From Octopus vulgaris (Eukaryota), in NCBI GenBank assembly GCA_951406725.2, contig OX597816.1, forward strand, positions 115,506,001-115,570,000: a stretch of 64,000 nt of DNA. Reading direction: 5' to 3'. The notes beneath the pieces were generated by a model. It was not told the origin of the DNA, did not search any database, and was given only the letters and a program-made list of their open reading frames with translations. Each line of letters starts with the position of its first letter. Position 1 is the stretch's first letter. Shown here piece by piece: positions 1 through 14,120 of the stretch. The position numbers and the translations under genes are program-made.

Positions 1-212
1 ATTTAACATCCTCAACCACATTGCTTTAATATCCACTATACCTAGAGGTGGCTGTAGTTTTTGTAGATTATCTACAGAGATAACTTTAATAAATGATGTA
101 GAAAGAGCACTGCTTAAGCAGTAGAATGTGCTATTGATTTATGAAAACGTTTAATATACTTTATAGTATATTTGTGTTGCAAAACGAAATACCACGTACC
201 TACAAGTCATTA

Positions 213-279
<67 letters not shown>

Positions 280-320
280 CACACACATATATATATATAT
301 ATATATACATAAACACTATT

Positions 321-525
321 ACTTGTTTCAGTCATTTGGCTGTGGCCATGCTGGAGCACCGCCTTTAGTTGAACAAATCAACACCAGGACTTGTTCTTTG
401 TAAGCCTAGTACTTATTCTATCTTTATTTTTTGCTGAACTGCTAAGTTATAGGGACGTAAACACAACAACTTCGGTTGTCAAGCTATGGTCGTTGGGATG
501 ACAAACACGGGCACAGAAAAATATG

Positions 526-561
<36 letters not shown>

Positions 562-730
562 TTTATACAATGGGTTTCTTTCAGTTTCTACCTGCCAAAT
601 CCACTCACAAGGCTTTGGTCAGCCCAAAGCTATACTAGAAGACACCTGTCCAAGGTGCAATGCAGTGGGACTGAACCCGGAACCATGTGGTTGGTAAGCA
701 AGCTACTTACCTCACAGCTGGTCCTGTGCC
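321..730 (-). mobile_element. tRNA-derived SINE family A (CORE-like segment, internal TA/CA microsatellite), CpG-decayed copy
   Basis: Reverse complement reads head ...gtggtaagtagcttgcttaccaaccacatggttccgggttcagtcccactgc (A/B-box-like), body and tail ...ccagcatggccacagccaaatgactgaaacaag; matches many other copies in the window. Confidence 0.85.
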
Positions 731-769
731 TATATATATAAAGATGTATGTGTGTGTGTGTGTATGCAT

Positions 770-960
770 ATCATCATCACCATTGTCCCCATCATTCAAT
801 GTCCATTTTCCACGTTGACATGGGCTGGATAGTCTTACAGGAGCTGGTGAACCAAGCGACTGCTTCAAGCTCCAATGTTTGCTTAGGCATAGTTTCTGCT
901 TAATTTCAACCACTTTACAGAGTGCACTTAGTGCTTTTTTATGTGGCACTAGCACTGATG
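770..960 (-). mobile_element. RTE-type LINE 3' UTR fragment with (GAT)n tail
   Basis: catcatcatc...ttcaatgtccattttcc...catgggctggat; homologous to 7812, 20585, 21510 and 24020 copies and to the sequence after the LINE stop at ~32600. Confidence 0.6.
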
Positions 961-1068
961 AGGTCAAGTAATTTCCAAGACAAAACAGCTCAACTATGTG
1001 GATTCTCCTGGGCAGTCAAGAAAATCTGTTTCTTCTTAGGGTTTGTTTCATCTTCATATCTGCCACAG

Positions 1069-1114
<46 letters not shown>

Positions 1115-1593
1115 ATGCACACATACATCCAATGCTTGGATGAGAACCACTGATCTAAAACAATGATTGATGCTTGGAGGATTTACAGTGGAAAGTGGGA
1201 TGCTTAACAGCTAGAAATATATATAATGTTTAGCAAGATGATTAGAGAAATTTATTTCTATAGTCTCTTTTACAGGAAAATGAGGGTTGATATCCACAAA
1301 GATATATTTTACTATAATATTGTTCTAGCTGTGACATAGAAACAGCTGTGTAAAGTTAATATAGTTTTTGGTCAATCTAGCATCATTTAAGGGCTTTCTT
1401 TTTTTATTAGTTAGATCAAAGAACGAAAAGAACTTATTATAAATTTGCAGATCTTCACATGCTGGTGAATGGCAAAAAATTCTTCTTCTCCCTTTTTCTG
1501 CTTGTGAAAACCTATCAACTGACCAGCAGATTTAGTTGGACTCTGCTGGGACTCTTTGCCACACAACTTTGCTTGCACCTAGATAACAGCTAT

Positions 1594-1710
1594 GTCTACA
1601 GCACTATAATTCTTAAGTGGTCACCCATCCAAGTGATAACCAGGCTCAGTATTTCTTATTTTTGGTGAGTGAGGAAAAACGAATGCATTCAATGTGTTAT
1701 AGATATATGC
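1594..1710 (-). pseudogene. Decayed, roughly full-length 5S rRNA copy
   Basis: gtctacagcac...ggtcacccatccaagtgataaccaggctc... is the reverse complement of the conserved 5S 3' half (GAGCCTGGTTAGTACTTGGATGGGTGACC...GTGCTGTAGGC); about 117 nt, with a strongly diverged 5' half. Confidence 0.85.
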
Positions 1711-1813
1711 CATATATGTATACATACATACATATATGTGTGTACATTAATCGATTAATTTATCTATATATGCACACATATATCACACACACATATATAT
1801 ATCTATATATGCA

Positions 1814-1861
<48 letters not shown>

Positions 1862-2019
1862 GATATACATACATAGACATACACACAGTTGTATATTGAT
1901 ATACAACCCTTTAACTTTTATATAACTCCAGACGCATACATATTTCTTGTATGCAATTGCATCCACACACACCACACACACACACTCACAACTTTAAAAA
2001 TATAAATGTGTGTGTGAGC

Positions 2020-2385
2020 ATGCATGGCTGTGTAGTAAGAAGTTTGCTTAACAACCAGGTTCAGTCCCACTGCATGGCACCTTGGGCAACTGTCTTCTAC
2101 TATAACCTTGGGACAAGCAAAGCCTTGTGAGTGGATTTGGTAGAAAGATTTGAAAGAAGCCCGTCACACATATATATATATATATCATCAAATATTTGTG
2201 TGTGTGTGTCTGTGTTTGTCCCCACTCACCTTGCTTGATACCAATGTTGGTGTGGTTTACATCCCCATAACTTAGCAGTTCAGCAAAAGAGGCTGATAGA
2301 ATAAGTACTAGGCTTACAAAGGATAAGTCCTGCAGTTGATTTGTTCAACTAAAGGTGGTCAAATGACTGAAACAAGTAATAGAGT
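2020..2385 (+). mobile_element. SINE family A copy
   Basis: gcatggctgtgtagtaagaagtttgc...ttcagtcccactgcatggcaccttgggcaac...gtcaaatgactgaaacaagta. Confidence 0.85.
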
Positions 2386-3469
2386 AAAATAATACATACA
2401 TATATATATAGCCACACACACATATATATATATATATCTGTATGTATAAATGGATACATACACACTAACATGTACACATGCAATATACACATGCAAACAC
2501 GCACAAATCTATATGTATACATATATACATGTGTGTGTATATGTGTGTATGCATATACATATGTATATAAATATACATGTATATATACATATACAAATAT
2601 ATATATATTTGTATATGTATATGCATATGTATGTATGCATATATACATGTGCATGTGTGTGTTTGTCTGTGTGTGTGAGTGTGTTTGTCAGTGTGTGTGC
2701 GTGTGTGAGTGTGATTGTATGTGGGTTGAGGGAGAGAAGAGAGAGAAAGAGACAAGTGTTGTTAGAAAGTTAGATAGAAAGATAGATAGACAGATAAATG
2801 CATATTGACATACAAATATTTTATGATGAAAACATTTTGACACGGCACATTCTAATATTAAAGTATTTTTTGTTAATTTCAATCTATAAATGTATGGATA
2901 ACTTTACAATATTCAATAAACTTTTTTGAAAAATTGAGGAATTTTTTGAAATTATCATTTTGATAATGAAACTGTTTGAGAAAAGGCACACTATTATTTT
3001 TTTTAAATTTAATTTGTTTTATTTATGTTATTTTCTTTCTTGTTGTTGTTACTTACTTGTGATCTTTGAAAACATTTCTTTATTGTATTACTTTGTACCT
3101 GCTTCTCTTGTTTTCTTTATTTTGTGTGCTTATTCATTTTTATTTACTTTTTTCCTTGTTCAATTCCTTAAATCTTGAAAACTTTCAAAACATTCTTAAT
3201 ACTTTCTCTCTCTCTCTCTCTTAGTTTCACTTTCTTCACCTCTCCCTGCCTCTCTCTTTCTTCAGAATTTTTTATACTTATGTAATATCCTTTTATATTT
3301 AATATTTTAATGAAGAAATTCAGGATTTTATCAAACTTTTCAGGGGAAATGTCTAAATATTGTTTGTTCTTAAAGAAAATAATAAAATACGAAAGACTGC
3401 AAAAATAATAAATAAGCGTATTAATAAGATCAACATAGAAAATAATAATGATTTTTTCTTTAATAATAA

Positions 3470-3484
3470 TAAAATTAATAATAA

Positions 3485-3531
<47 letters not shown>

Positions 3532-3605
3532 TGATGATGATGGATGATGATGGTGATGGTGATGATGATAATAATAATAATAATATATAATAATAATAAA
3601 ACAAC
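3470..3605. repeat. Compound (TAA)n/(GAT)n microsatellite
   Basis: Direct reading of the sequence. Confidence 0.95.
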
Positions 3606-3952
3606 ACCCATGTTCATACTTCATCATCACTGAAATTACTTATTTGTCAACTCCAGAATTGTTTTCTTTCCACTATTACAGCATATACATACATACATGC
3701 ATACATACATATGCACACATACATACATATAAACATTCACACATATATGCACATATATACATATGTTCATGCATACGTACATACGTTCATACAAGCAATT
3801 ATACATGCATTTACACACACAGATATAAATATATGCATGCATACATATACATACACAGGTATAAATATATACATGCATATTTATGCACTCAAATATACCT
3901 ATATGCAGATACAGATATATAGATGTATTTATGTGTGTGTGTGTGTATATAC

Positions 3953-3987
<35 letters not shown>

Positions 3988-4084
3988 CAGGGATAGATAG
4001 ATAGATAGAGAGATAGATAGATAGATAGATAGATAGAGAGACAGAGAGAGAGAGAGATACATATACATATTTAATTCTAATATT

Positions 4085-4423
4085 CTTTTACTTGTTTCAG
4101 TCATTTGACTGTGACCATGCTGGAGCATCACTTTTAGTCGAACAAATCGATCACAGGAGCCTAGTACTTATTCTATTGGTCTCTTTTGTTGAACTGCTAA
4201 GTTATGGGGTTGTAAACACACCAGCATCGGTTGTCAAGCAATGGTGGGGGGGACAAACACACACATACATACATATATTTCCATCTGCCAGATCCACTCA
4301 CAAGGCTTTGGTCAGCTCGAGGCTATAGTAGAATACACTTGCCCAAGGTGCCACGCAGTGAGACTAAACCCAGAACCATGTGGTTGGGAAGCAAGCTTCT
4401 TACTACACAGTCACTCCTGCACC
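4085..4423 (-). mobile_element. SINE family A copy
   Basis: Same head, body and tail as 321-730. Confidence 0.85.
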
Positions 4424-4642
4424 TATTATATATATGCATTCATACATGTATATATATATATATAAAATAATTGTATGCATATATATGCATACATACATAC
4501 ATAGATATATATATATTAAATAATCGTATGCATATATATGCATACATACATACATAGTTATATATATATATATATATATATAAAATAATTGTATGCATAT
4601 ATATGCATACATACATATAGATATATATATAATACATACATG

Positions 4643-4715
<73 letters not shown>

Positions 4716-5074
4716 TATATATCTATATGCATTTAGTTGTTTTTGTACACACACACACACATGTGCATAAGTAAAATATCAACTTCTTCTGATTAGACAG
4801 AAGTTATATTAGCAACCAATAAACTGTCATGCAGTGAATTTGAAATATGGTATATTGTCATCTGCACTTGATGACTTTGTGAGAAATTCTACAGAAAGTA
4901 TTTTAAAACTTTGGGAAGCTATCACCAAACACACAAACACACACATACAAACACATATGCTTGAATGCATAAGTATGCATATGATGATCATCATTATTTT
5001 AATTCTGTTTCTCCCTCTGAGCGGCGCTTGAATATGTCCTTCCACCACTTCTGCTATTATCTTCTTCAGTCTAG

Positions 5075-5540
5075 TTGCAGGAGTGGCTGTGTGGTAAGAA
5101 GTTTGCTTTCCCAACCACATGGTTCTGGGTTCAGTCCCACTGAGTGGCACATTGGGCAAGTGTCTTCTACTATAGCCTTCAGCTGAAGAAATCCCTGTGA
5201 GTGAACTTGGTAGATGGAAGCTGAAAGAAGCCCTTCATATATATGTTTGTGTGTGTGTGTGTGTGTATGTGTGTGTGTGTCTGTGTGTGTGTCTGTGTGT
5301 CTGTGTGACTATGTATGTATAAATATATCTATGTGTATGAGTCTTTGTGTCTGTGTTTATCACCTCTGCCACTTGACAACTGGTGTTGGTGTGTTTACAT
5401 CTCTGTAAATTTAACAGTTCAGCAAAAAAACCCGACAAAATAAGTACCAGGCTAAAAAAGAAAACAAGCAAAAAAGCACTGGTGTTGATTCATTCAACTA
5501 AAACTTGAAGGCAGTATCCCAGTATGGCTGCAGTCTAATG
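5075..5540 (+). mobile_element. SINE family A copy with expanded internal (TG)n
   Basis: gcaggagtggctgtgtggtaagaagtttgc...cagtatggctgcagtctaatg. Confidence 0.85.
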
Positions 5541-5912
5541 TACACATGCACACACACACACACACACTTACATACATATACAATTACATGTATTTGTCTG
5601 TGTTTGTGTGTGAATATGTATATGTACAAACATATGTTTATGTTTATATTTATATCTATGTATATATGTATATGTGTGTGTGTGTGTATATATACATATA
5701 TGTATGTATGTATGTATATGAATATTTATTTCAATGAAATATCATTTGCTCAAACACTGACTGGTACATCCTTTCTCTGACGTACCAATCTGCTATCATA
5801 TAATGTAACAAATCATTTGAAATATTAAGAAACAAGTTATTAATAACAGTATTGAAAAAAGAACTCTGCTTCCGGTATTTTAAAAATTAATAAAACACAA
5901 CTTAAAATAATA

Positions 5913-5949
<37 letters not shown>

Positions 5950-6275
5950 TTATAATAATAAAAAAAATAAAATTAAAATAACAAAATCAAATATTTCAAA
6001 TTTCACCACAAAAAGAACTAACCTGCCTTACTGTTCAACCCTATAACATCTGAATTATTAATATGCAGAAAAAATTATTTTGGAATTTAAAAGCATAATT
6101 GAAAAATTCGCAACAACCAACATGTATCATAATTGCTTCCATCTAATATTGTTCTTCATGCGTGAAGAATCCTCAGAGCTCATCCAAGCTTTCAATTTTG
6201 TTGTGTTCTTCTCATAAGATTGTATTATTAGAAATGTCAAGAATTATTAACAATAGGTGTTTTAGGGTTAAAGTT

Positions 6276-6668
6276 GAAAACTGTTGGAAATAAGATATTT
6301 TCCAAGATAACATACTTGCAAACTTATGAAGTCTTACAAGAAATTAACGAATTTTGTAATGCAAATCCCATTGTGTGAGCATTAGGCGAGAGTTTTCCGA
6401 TATGGCACCGGACTGACCAAGGCCTTGTGGATGGATTTGGTAGATGGAAACTGAAAGAAGCCTGTTTTATTGGAAAACTGTTGGAATTAAGATCTCTCCA
6501 AGATACCGTAATTTCAAAACCTAAGAAGTCTTATAAGTGAGCAACGAATATTGTAATCTAAGTCCCATTGAGTGTGCTATGTGTGAGTTTCTTGTACAAT
6601 GGCTCTGGACTGACCAAAACCTTTTGAGTGGATTTGGCAGATGAAAACTTAAAGAAGCCTGTTTATTT
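6276..6668 (+). repeat. Diverged tandem duplication of a ~197-bp unit ending in a SINE-A fragment
   Basis: Units start gaaaactgttggaa at ~6276 and ~6473; both end ...ggatttgg(t/c)agatg(g/a)aaact..aagaagcctgttt. Confidence 0.8.
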
Positions 6669-6704
6669 TTCCTGCCTTAACTTCATGTGATAGTTGTAAA
6701 CGAA

Positions 6705-7105
6705 TCTTTTCTACTTTAGGCACAAGGCCCAGAATTTTTGTTGAGGGCATCAGTTGATTAGATCGACCCCTGTATGCAACAGCTACTTAATTTATCGACC
6801 CCAAATTTGAACTCAGAATGTCAAGACAGACAAAATACAACTAAGCATTTTGCCTGGTGTGCTAAAGTTTCTTATTTCTTTATTACTTACAAGGGGCTAA
6901 ACATAGAGGGGACAAACAAGGACAGACAAAGAGATTAAGTCGATTACATCAACCTCAGTGCATAACTGGTACTTAATTTATTGACCCAGAAAGGATGAAA
7001 GGCAAAGTCGACCTCAGTGGAATTTGAACTCAGAACATAACAGCAGATGAAATACCACTAAGCAATTTGCTTGGTGTACTAATATTTCTGCCAGCTCGCT
7101 GCCTT
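6705..7105 (-). mobile_element. Two stacked SINE family B copies (Meta/MESC-domain-like)
   Basis: Reverse complement of gcctttcatcctttc(t/g)gggtc(a/g)ataaattaagtaccag core and tRNA-like head ggcagcgagctggcagaaa. Confidence 0.8.
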
Positions 7106-7129
7106 GATAGTTGTAAACGAATGCCACTG

Positions 7130-7315
7130 ATATGCAAGTGGTAACCTTTGTTTCTAGTCTTCCATGGAAACATGTCTGGTCATGAGGAAAACTTGTAAAC
7201 AGGTAAGGGTAGGTAACAGGAAGGGCATCTGGCTGTGTGAGAATCAGTCTCAATAAAATCCCTTTGACCCAGGCTAGTATGGGAAAGTGGACATTAAGCA
7301 ACGATGATGATGATA
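7130..7315 (+). mobile_element. RTE-type 3' tail fragment ending in (GAT)n
   Basis: ...acaggaagggcatctggctgt...gtatgggaaagtggacattaagcaacgatgatgatgat. Confidence 0.55.
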
Positions 7316-7746
7316 TTCATGAAGATGTCAATCTTATATCACCAATTAGTCAGAGTATGAGTGGTGCTTTATGAAATGAGGTCATTGAATAAGTCAAATA
7401 TTATTCAAATATTCTTACAGATATGAGAGTGTGTGTGTGTGTGTGTGCATGTGTGAATGTGTGTATGTATGTCTATCTACTATTTTTCTTTTCTCTTTCT
7501 CTCTCTCTCCCTCACTCTCTCTCTCTCTCTCTCTCCCTCTCTCTCTATGTAACGATACACCTGCTTTTGGAGATTTCTTTTCTTTCTTCGAACTTTTTCC
7601 TTTCTCCTTTCCAACAAAGAGCCTTGCTCAAAACATCAAAAACTCTCTCTTTTCACTGAGTGTCCAACTAATACCTTCCTTGTGCACATCTCCTGTTTAT
7701 TAATTTTATTATCCATTTATTTGAACTGATTGTTTATTTGAATTGA

Positions 7747-7799
<53 letters not shown>

Positions 7800-7811
7800 T
7801 CTTAATTATGA

Positions 7812-7978
7812 TCATCATTTAATGTCTGTTTACTATGCTGGCATGGGTTGGACAGTTTTACAGTTAGACAAGATTCAGCTCCAGGCCATGAAGGTCTCTA
7901 ATGCTAGCTTTGGCATGGTTTACATATCTACCAACCAGTTTACAGTGTGTGCTGGGTACTTTTTGTGCTGCCATCATT
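7812..7978 (-). mobile_element. RTE-type LINE 3' UTR fragment
   Basis: catcatttaatgtctgtttactatgctggcatgggttggacag, homologous to 20585 and 24020. Confidence 0.6.
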
Positions 7979-8105
7979 AATAAGATCAGCCAATTGCCTT
8001 GTAAAGCAAGAAATGAATAGGAAAATGGAAACAGAAAAGAATTAACACCCTCAACTATCAGGTCATTAAGAATGAAATGTCTGATTTCATATATACCAAG
8101 TTTGA

Positions 8106-9920
8106 CATCAGGTGTCTTGGGGAAATTTCAAACCTGTGTTCTCATTTCTAAGGTATTTTTCAATGTTGTTGTTATTATTATTATTATTATTATTATTAAT
8201 ATTATTATTATTATTACTATTATTATTATTATTATTATTATTACTATTATTATTAATATTAATATTATTATTATTATTATTATTACTTTTTTTTTTCTTC
8301 TTTCAAATTTGCTTCCATTTCTTGCCGCGTGTCTTCCCGACTCCTAGGGCAAAGAAACTCATAGCATACATTGGTAGGCCATTAAACCAAACTCAGTAGT
8401 TCGTTCATTTTTTTTTTTTTTTTTTAAAGTTAAATTAAAATACATGAGCAGCAACAGTTCTCACATCGACAATGCTCTTCTCAATACGTGTGATGTACCA
8501 GTTAAGACAATCTTTTGCACTTCTTGCAGGGATGGTAAGCCAGGGATCATTCTCATATAATTTTCGGTTCCCTTCTTGATCATTCCTAGTGCTCCTACGA
8601 TCACTGGTATTGTAACCACCTTGAGATGCCACATTTTCTCAATTTCAATGAGTAGGTCTTTATATTTTCTGAGCTTGTCAAACTCTTTCGCTGAGATATT
8701 ATGATCACAGGGGATGCTCATGTCGATCAACAAGCAAACTTTATTGTTTTGGTCTTTCACAACAATATCTGGTTTATTGGCCTTGATGGTTCGGTCTGTA
8801 TGTACTGGAAAGTTCCACAGAATGGTTACATTTTCTCCTTCAGTTACAGCCTCAGGGTGGTGATTATACCACTTGTCGGCAGTTTTGATATTGTAATGCC
8901 GACTTATTAGCCAGTGGAGAATTGGCCAACTCTGTCATGTCTTAATTTATACTCCCCTGGTGCTAAGACTTTACATCCAGAGATTAGGTGGTCCACTGTT
9001 TCAATCATGTCGTTGCAGAATCGGCATTTTGGGTCTGCTCCATTTTTCATCACATTAGCCTGGTAGTTCCGGGTTAATAGGCTTTGATCTTGAGCAGCCA
9101 GGATGAAACCTTCGCTCTCTACTTTTAGCCCTGAGCTCCGTAGCCACTGATGGGTTTGCTTCTGGTCAACATCAGCTTGTTTGCTGCGGGTCACATATTT
9201 GCCGTGCAGAGGTTTCTCCTCCCACCTATCAGCCAATTGCTCGTGCGCTTTCTTCATTGCCATCATTTTCACCTTCTTTGCAACAATAGTTGCCGTACTT
9301 CCCTTGGGTTGTTCAGTTTGGGTATCCTGCACGAGATCAATAGCAAATTTTTTGCTTTCCTTTATGATAGAATGAAGCTTCTTTCGTCTCTCGTGATTTT
9401 TCACGAGCTTTAGCATCCAGTCATTCGATATTTCGAGATATTTGGCCAGTCCAATTGTGGTTGTTTTGTAAGCTAGTTCAAATTGGATCAGGCCTCGACC
9501 TCCTTGGGCTCTGGGAAGGTAAAGGCGATCTACGTCTGCCTTTGGGTGGTGCATCCTATTACAACTCAGCAGCTTGCGTATTTTTCTATCTATATTCTTT
9601 ACTTCACTCATATTCCAGTTCAACACATTGTAGCTATAAGTAACAACTGGAACTGCTAAGGAATTTATAGCTAACACCTTGTTACGTGCATTTAGTTCAG
9701 ATTTCAGGACTGCACGAACTCTCCTATAACATTCCTTCCTGATTTTCTCTTTCAAGCTTGCATGATGAATACCAGAGCCTTCATTTATCCCTAAATGTAT
9801 GTTTGTTCTTGCTCAAGCTCTCTTATGACTGTGTCAACATCTAACACGACTGAATTTGTGGTCTTTACTCCCCCCCCCCTATTATTATTATTATTATTAT
9901 TCAGGTCACTGCCTAGAATC
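8106..9920 (-). mobile_element. Copy of the tRNA-head/hammerhead short element, split at its internal (TAA)n by a LINE
   Basis: 8106-8170 (catcaggtgtcttggggaaatttcaaacc...aggtatttttcaatg) and 9901-9920 (tcaggtcactgcctagaatc) match the two flanks of the (TTA)n at 47720-47770. Confidence 0.8.
8286..9869 (-). mobile_element. 5'-truncated R4/Dong-clade non-LTR retrotransposon (RT thumb, CCHC knuckle, REL endonuclease, 3' UTR)
   Basis: ORFs 8907-9755 and 8461-8760: ELNARNKVLAINSLAVPVVTYS, RLYLPRAQGGRGL, CRFCNDMIETVDHLISGC, RHD, KPDIVVKD..IDMSIP..KLRKYKDL; frameshift near 8920; (TAA)n on both sides. Confidence 0.93.
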
Positions 9921-9934
9921 CAAGTTTGATAGTT

Positions 9935-10333
9935 ATTAACTCTGTTTTTTCCTGACAGTTCTTTGTTTTACATCATTGAAAAGTTACATCATTACTTTAA
10001 GAAATACAATTTATGGTTTTTGATTATATTGTGAGTTTTCTCTTGTAAATCAATTTTGTGGATAGATAAAAAATTCGTGTTGTTTATGAATATAAGTTCT
10101 GTTGTGGAACCAATGCATCCTAGACAGCTTGAAATATCAATGAGGTGTTTGGTGAAGATGTGGTGAATGAGCACACTGTATGTTGATGGTTTGAGAAGTT
10201 TTGGTCTGGTGACTTTACTCTTGGAAATCAACCCTGTAGTAGACCTAAGACCAAGGTGGAAAGTAATGAGATGGAAACTGTAGTGGAAGCTGATACATTT
10301 CAAACTACATGTGAGCTAGCAAGGTTTAATGTA
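9935..10333 (+). mobile_element. Mariner transposase N-terminal relic (cecropia/Hsmar1-like)
   Basis: Translation from ~10058: KIRVVYEYKF..GTNAS*TA*NINEVFGEDVVNEHTVC*WFEKFWSGDFTLGNQPCSRP (helix-turn-helix region). Confidence 0.8.
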
Positions 10334-10389
10334 CGTGTAAAGTGTGTGTGTGTATGCTATTATGGCAGGAAAAGGGAGAGAGAGAAGGC

Positions 10390-10850
10390 AACATGCTCCA
10401 AAACTGGAGCATGTGACTGAATGCCAATTACTTGGGCTGCCAGTCTCTGGATGTGGTCAAGATTATCAGTCTGCATAGCAGTAGCACCATTTCAGATGTA
10501 GGTGCAGTACTTCATTGTGAGCCTCACTTGAGCTTCATAGAGAGTTGACAGCTGTTGAGAGCTGAAATATCTTCAGAAGAGAAGAGCTTGTATTGAGAAT
10601 GTTCTCCTATTCTATCATAAAGATCTGCTTTTGTCAGATGCAGTTGGCCTAAATGACTTGCTCTGATTGACTGCCTCACATGTTTTTAGTGGTACTTTCT
10701 TGAGCATTTTGCTGTTAAAGAGACAGTTTGCATCATTTCATTTAAAGATCAAGGTCTCCATTTATAGATTCAATGCAGATTTGGTGTGTGGTAGCATGTT
10801 GACGAAACAGTGTCAGGGAAAGTCAAGGTTATGTGTGTTATTTATATCTT
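10390..10850 (-). mobile_element. CR1/Jockey-group LINE reverse-transcriptase C-terminal relic
   Basis: Minus-strand RYFSSQQLSTLYEAQVRLTMKYCTYI*NGA...LDHIQRLAAQVIG resembles the LYKAxVRPxxEYCSxIW motif. Confidence 0.7.
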
Positions 10851-10969
10851 TTAAATGGACTTGGCAGTCATGTTCTTTTCTTTTCTTTATATGTCACACA
10901 TGTTCAATATTGAAGTGATTTGACTAAATTCAAAACAATTAACAACCACTATATTCCACATGGACGTCC

Positions 10970-11034
<65 letters not shown>
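10970..11034. repeat. (GATA)n microsatellite
   Basis: Direct reading of the sequence. Confidence 0.95.
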
Positions 11035-13059
11035 GAATATGAAATTACTTCCTCTTATAAAGTAACAAATTATTCCACATTACAAGAAATATCTGAATTA
11101 GTTGAATTACTTTTGTAATTTCTCACATTAAAATTATTAAAAACTGGAAACTTTCAATAAATATGCCATGCATTTTACTACCAAAAAAAAGACAAAAATA
11201 AGTGAATTATATAACAACAACCATACTTTAAAATGCCTATAGTATAACCACTACTAATCACTTCATCGTGCCATCAGATAATCAGAGATAGTTTTATAGG
11301 ACAAATTGACATGCCATTAAAGATGAACTAGGCAGGGTTAATCAATGAAAATATCACATATAAAATCCACCACTACATTTATAAACAAAAACTTTAATGG
11401 GAATTTTTTATATTGCTTTCTTGAAGGAGAGAAAAGATGAAAGGCATATTTCATTATTTGTTTCATATATTTTTTGTCAGTATTTAATTAATATTTTTGA
11501 TGTTGAATATTTGGAACTGCTTTTAAGCCTTAAAGTTCAACAGAGTTTCATATGAAGTATTTCAATTAGAAATAGTTAAGCTGTGGTTAATAAATTTTAT
11601 GCAAGTGGCTCAGTATAAATAATTAGCTAATGAAGGAAAGAAACATTATGAGTTGATGTCTAATAAAATTATAATCATTTTTAACAAAAGCAGGTTTCAA
11701 ATAATGGACATATCTTGGTCTAATCTACAAACCCTTTTCTTCATCATTGATGTAAAAGTAATTATGATAGAATCACTAAATGAATATAGAAGATTGTATA
11801 CTGATTGGTGAAAACGTTTTAGCTGCAGCAGCATTATTTTTCTTTCCACAAATACCAAATTAAAATTCTATGGAAAAAATTCTTCAATCATTGGTAAATT
11901 CAAATTCGTAGTTTTAGCATCCAAAACACACATATGCATGCACACATTTTTCTATATACATGTATATGTTTCATTAAAAACATGGCTGAGTTCAAGTTTT
12001 ATTGTTTCTATTTTAGATCTTTTGTGGTTTCTTATTAGTTCTTTACAGTTAGTTTGTAACCGTATAGATCCTTAATTCGCATTTGATGTTTCCAGATCTT
12101 CAGTTTCATTTTCAAGAATTGAATATATTATGCATCTGTGCTGTTTCTTATATATTGATGGAATTCAATTTGATTTACTTCTCAAAGGTTTTTGACGTTT
12201 AGCATCATATGCCAACATTCATGTGTGGATCTGTTTGTCATGGTCTAATTTTTAACTGTTAGTTATGTCTGTAGTCATGTGTTAATTGTTTGATCTGTGT
12301 GTTGTTTATACATTGATTTTGGCATTGTATTTTATGCAGATCCAAGAACAAGCTATGAATAATCAATACAATGTATAACATTGATTGTAAAATTGGAAGA
12401 TTGAAAGATACAAACTTCAGGATTCTAGCTGTTACACTGGACATACTAGTACAGCACTCTTTCATTTGCTCACCATGCACTTACAACATGAAGCTATTGT
12501 GAAAACATTATACTACATATCACAAGACAAAATTAGAAAATTACTAGAGGAGAATACTTACTAACGCTAACATTCCTTGCTAAAATAGAAGATTAATTAT
12601 GGAAACCATGCTTGTATCACAACACAATGACAAGATCAACTCACAAACACACACATCAAAATCTTAACATATGGCTAAAAAACAATAAAAACCTAATGAT
12701 CAAACAATAAAAACCTAATTTGACCACAACAAATAAATCAAGATGAGAATGCTGATATATGAGACTAAAGGTAAAAGAAAAAAATCGGTGAGAAAGTCTA
12801 CATGAATTCAATTAATATCTTTTAAGACACAACAGAAATGTCAAATGCATTCAGTTTTTGAAAATAAGACTGTAAAGGTTTAGAAATGCTGAATATAAAT
12901 TTAGGAACTATATTTTCCCAAACTAACTGTAAAAAGTAATAAGAAAGTATAAAAATTCTAAAATAATAATGATCAAATTTGAGCACTGTCATGTATTTAA
13001 TGAAACATGTATAAAAGAAAAGCAGTTAACCAAATATACGAGCAGAAAATTATACAATA

Positions 13060-14120
<1,061 letters not shown>

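Noticed and set aside
1140-1156. gagaaccactg resembling a hAT MITE terminus
   Set aside because: No matching opposite end or 8-bp TSD found.
12000-12900. Possible very old LINE remnant
   Set aside because: Only vague peptide similarity; too degraded to call.
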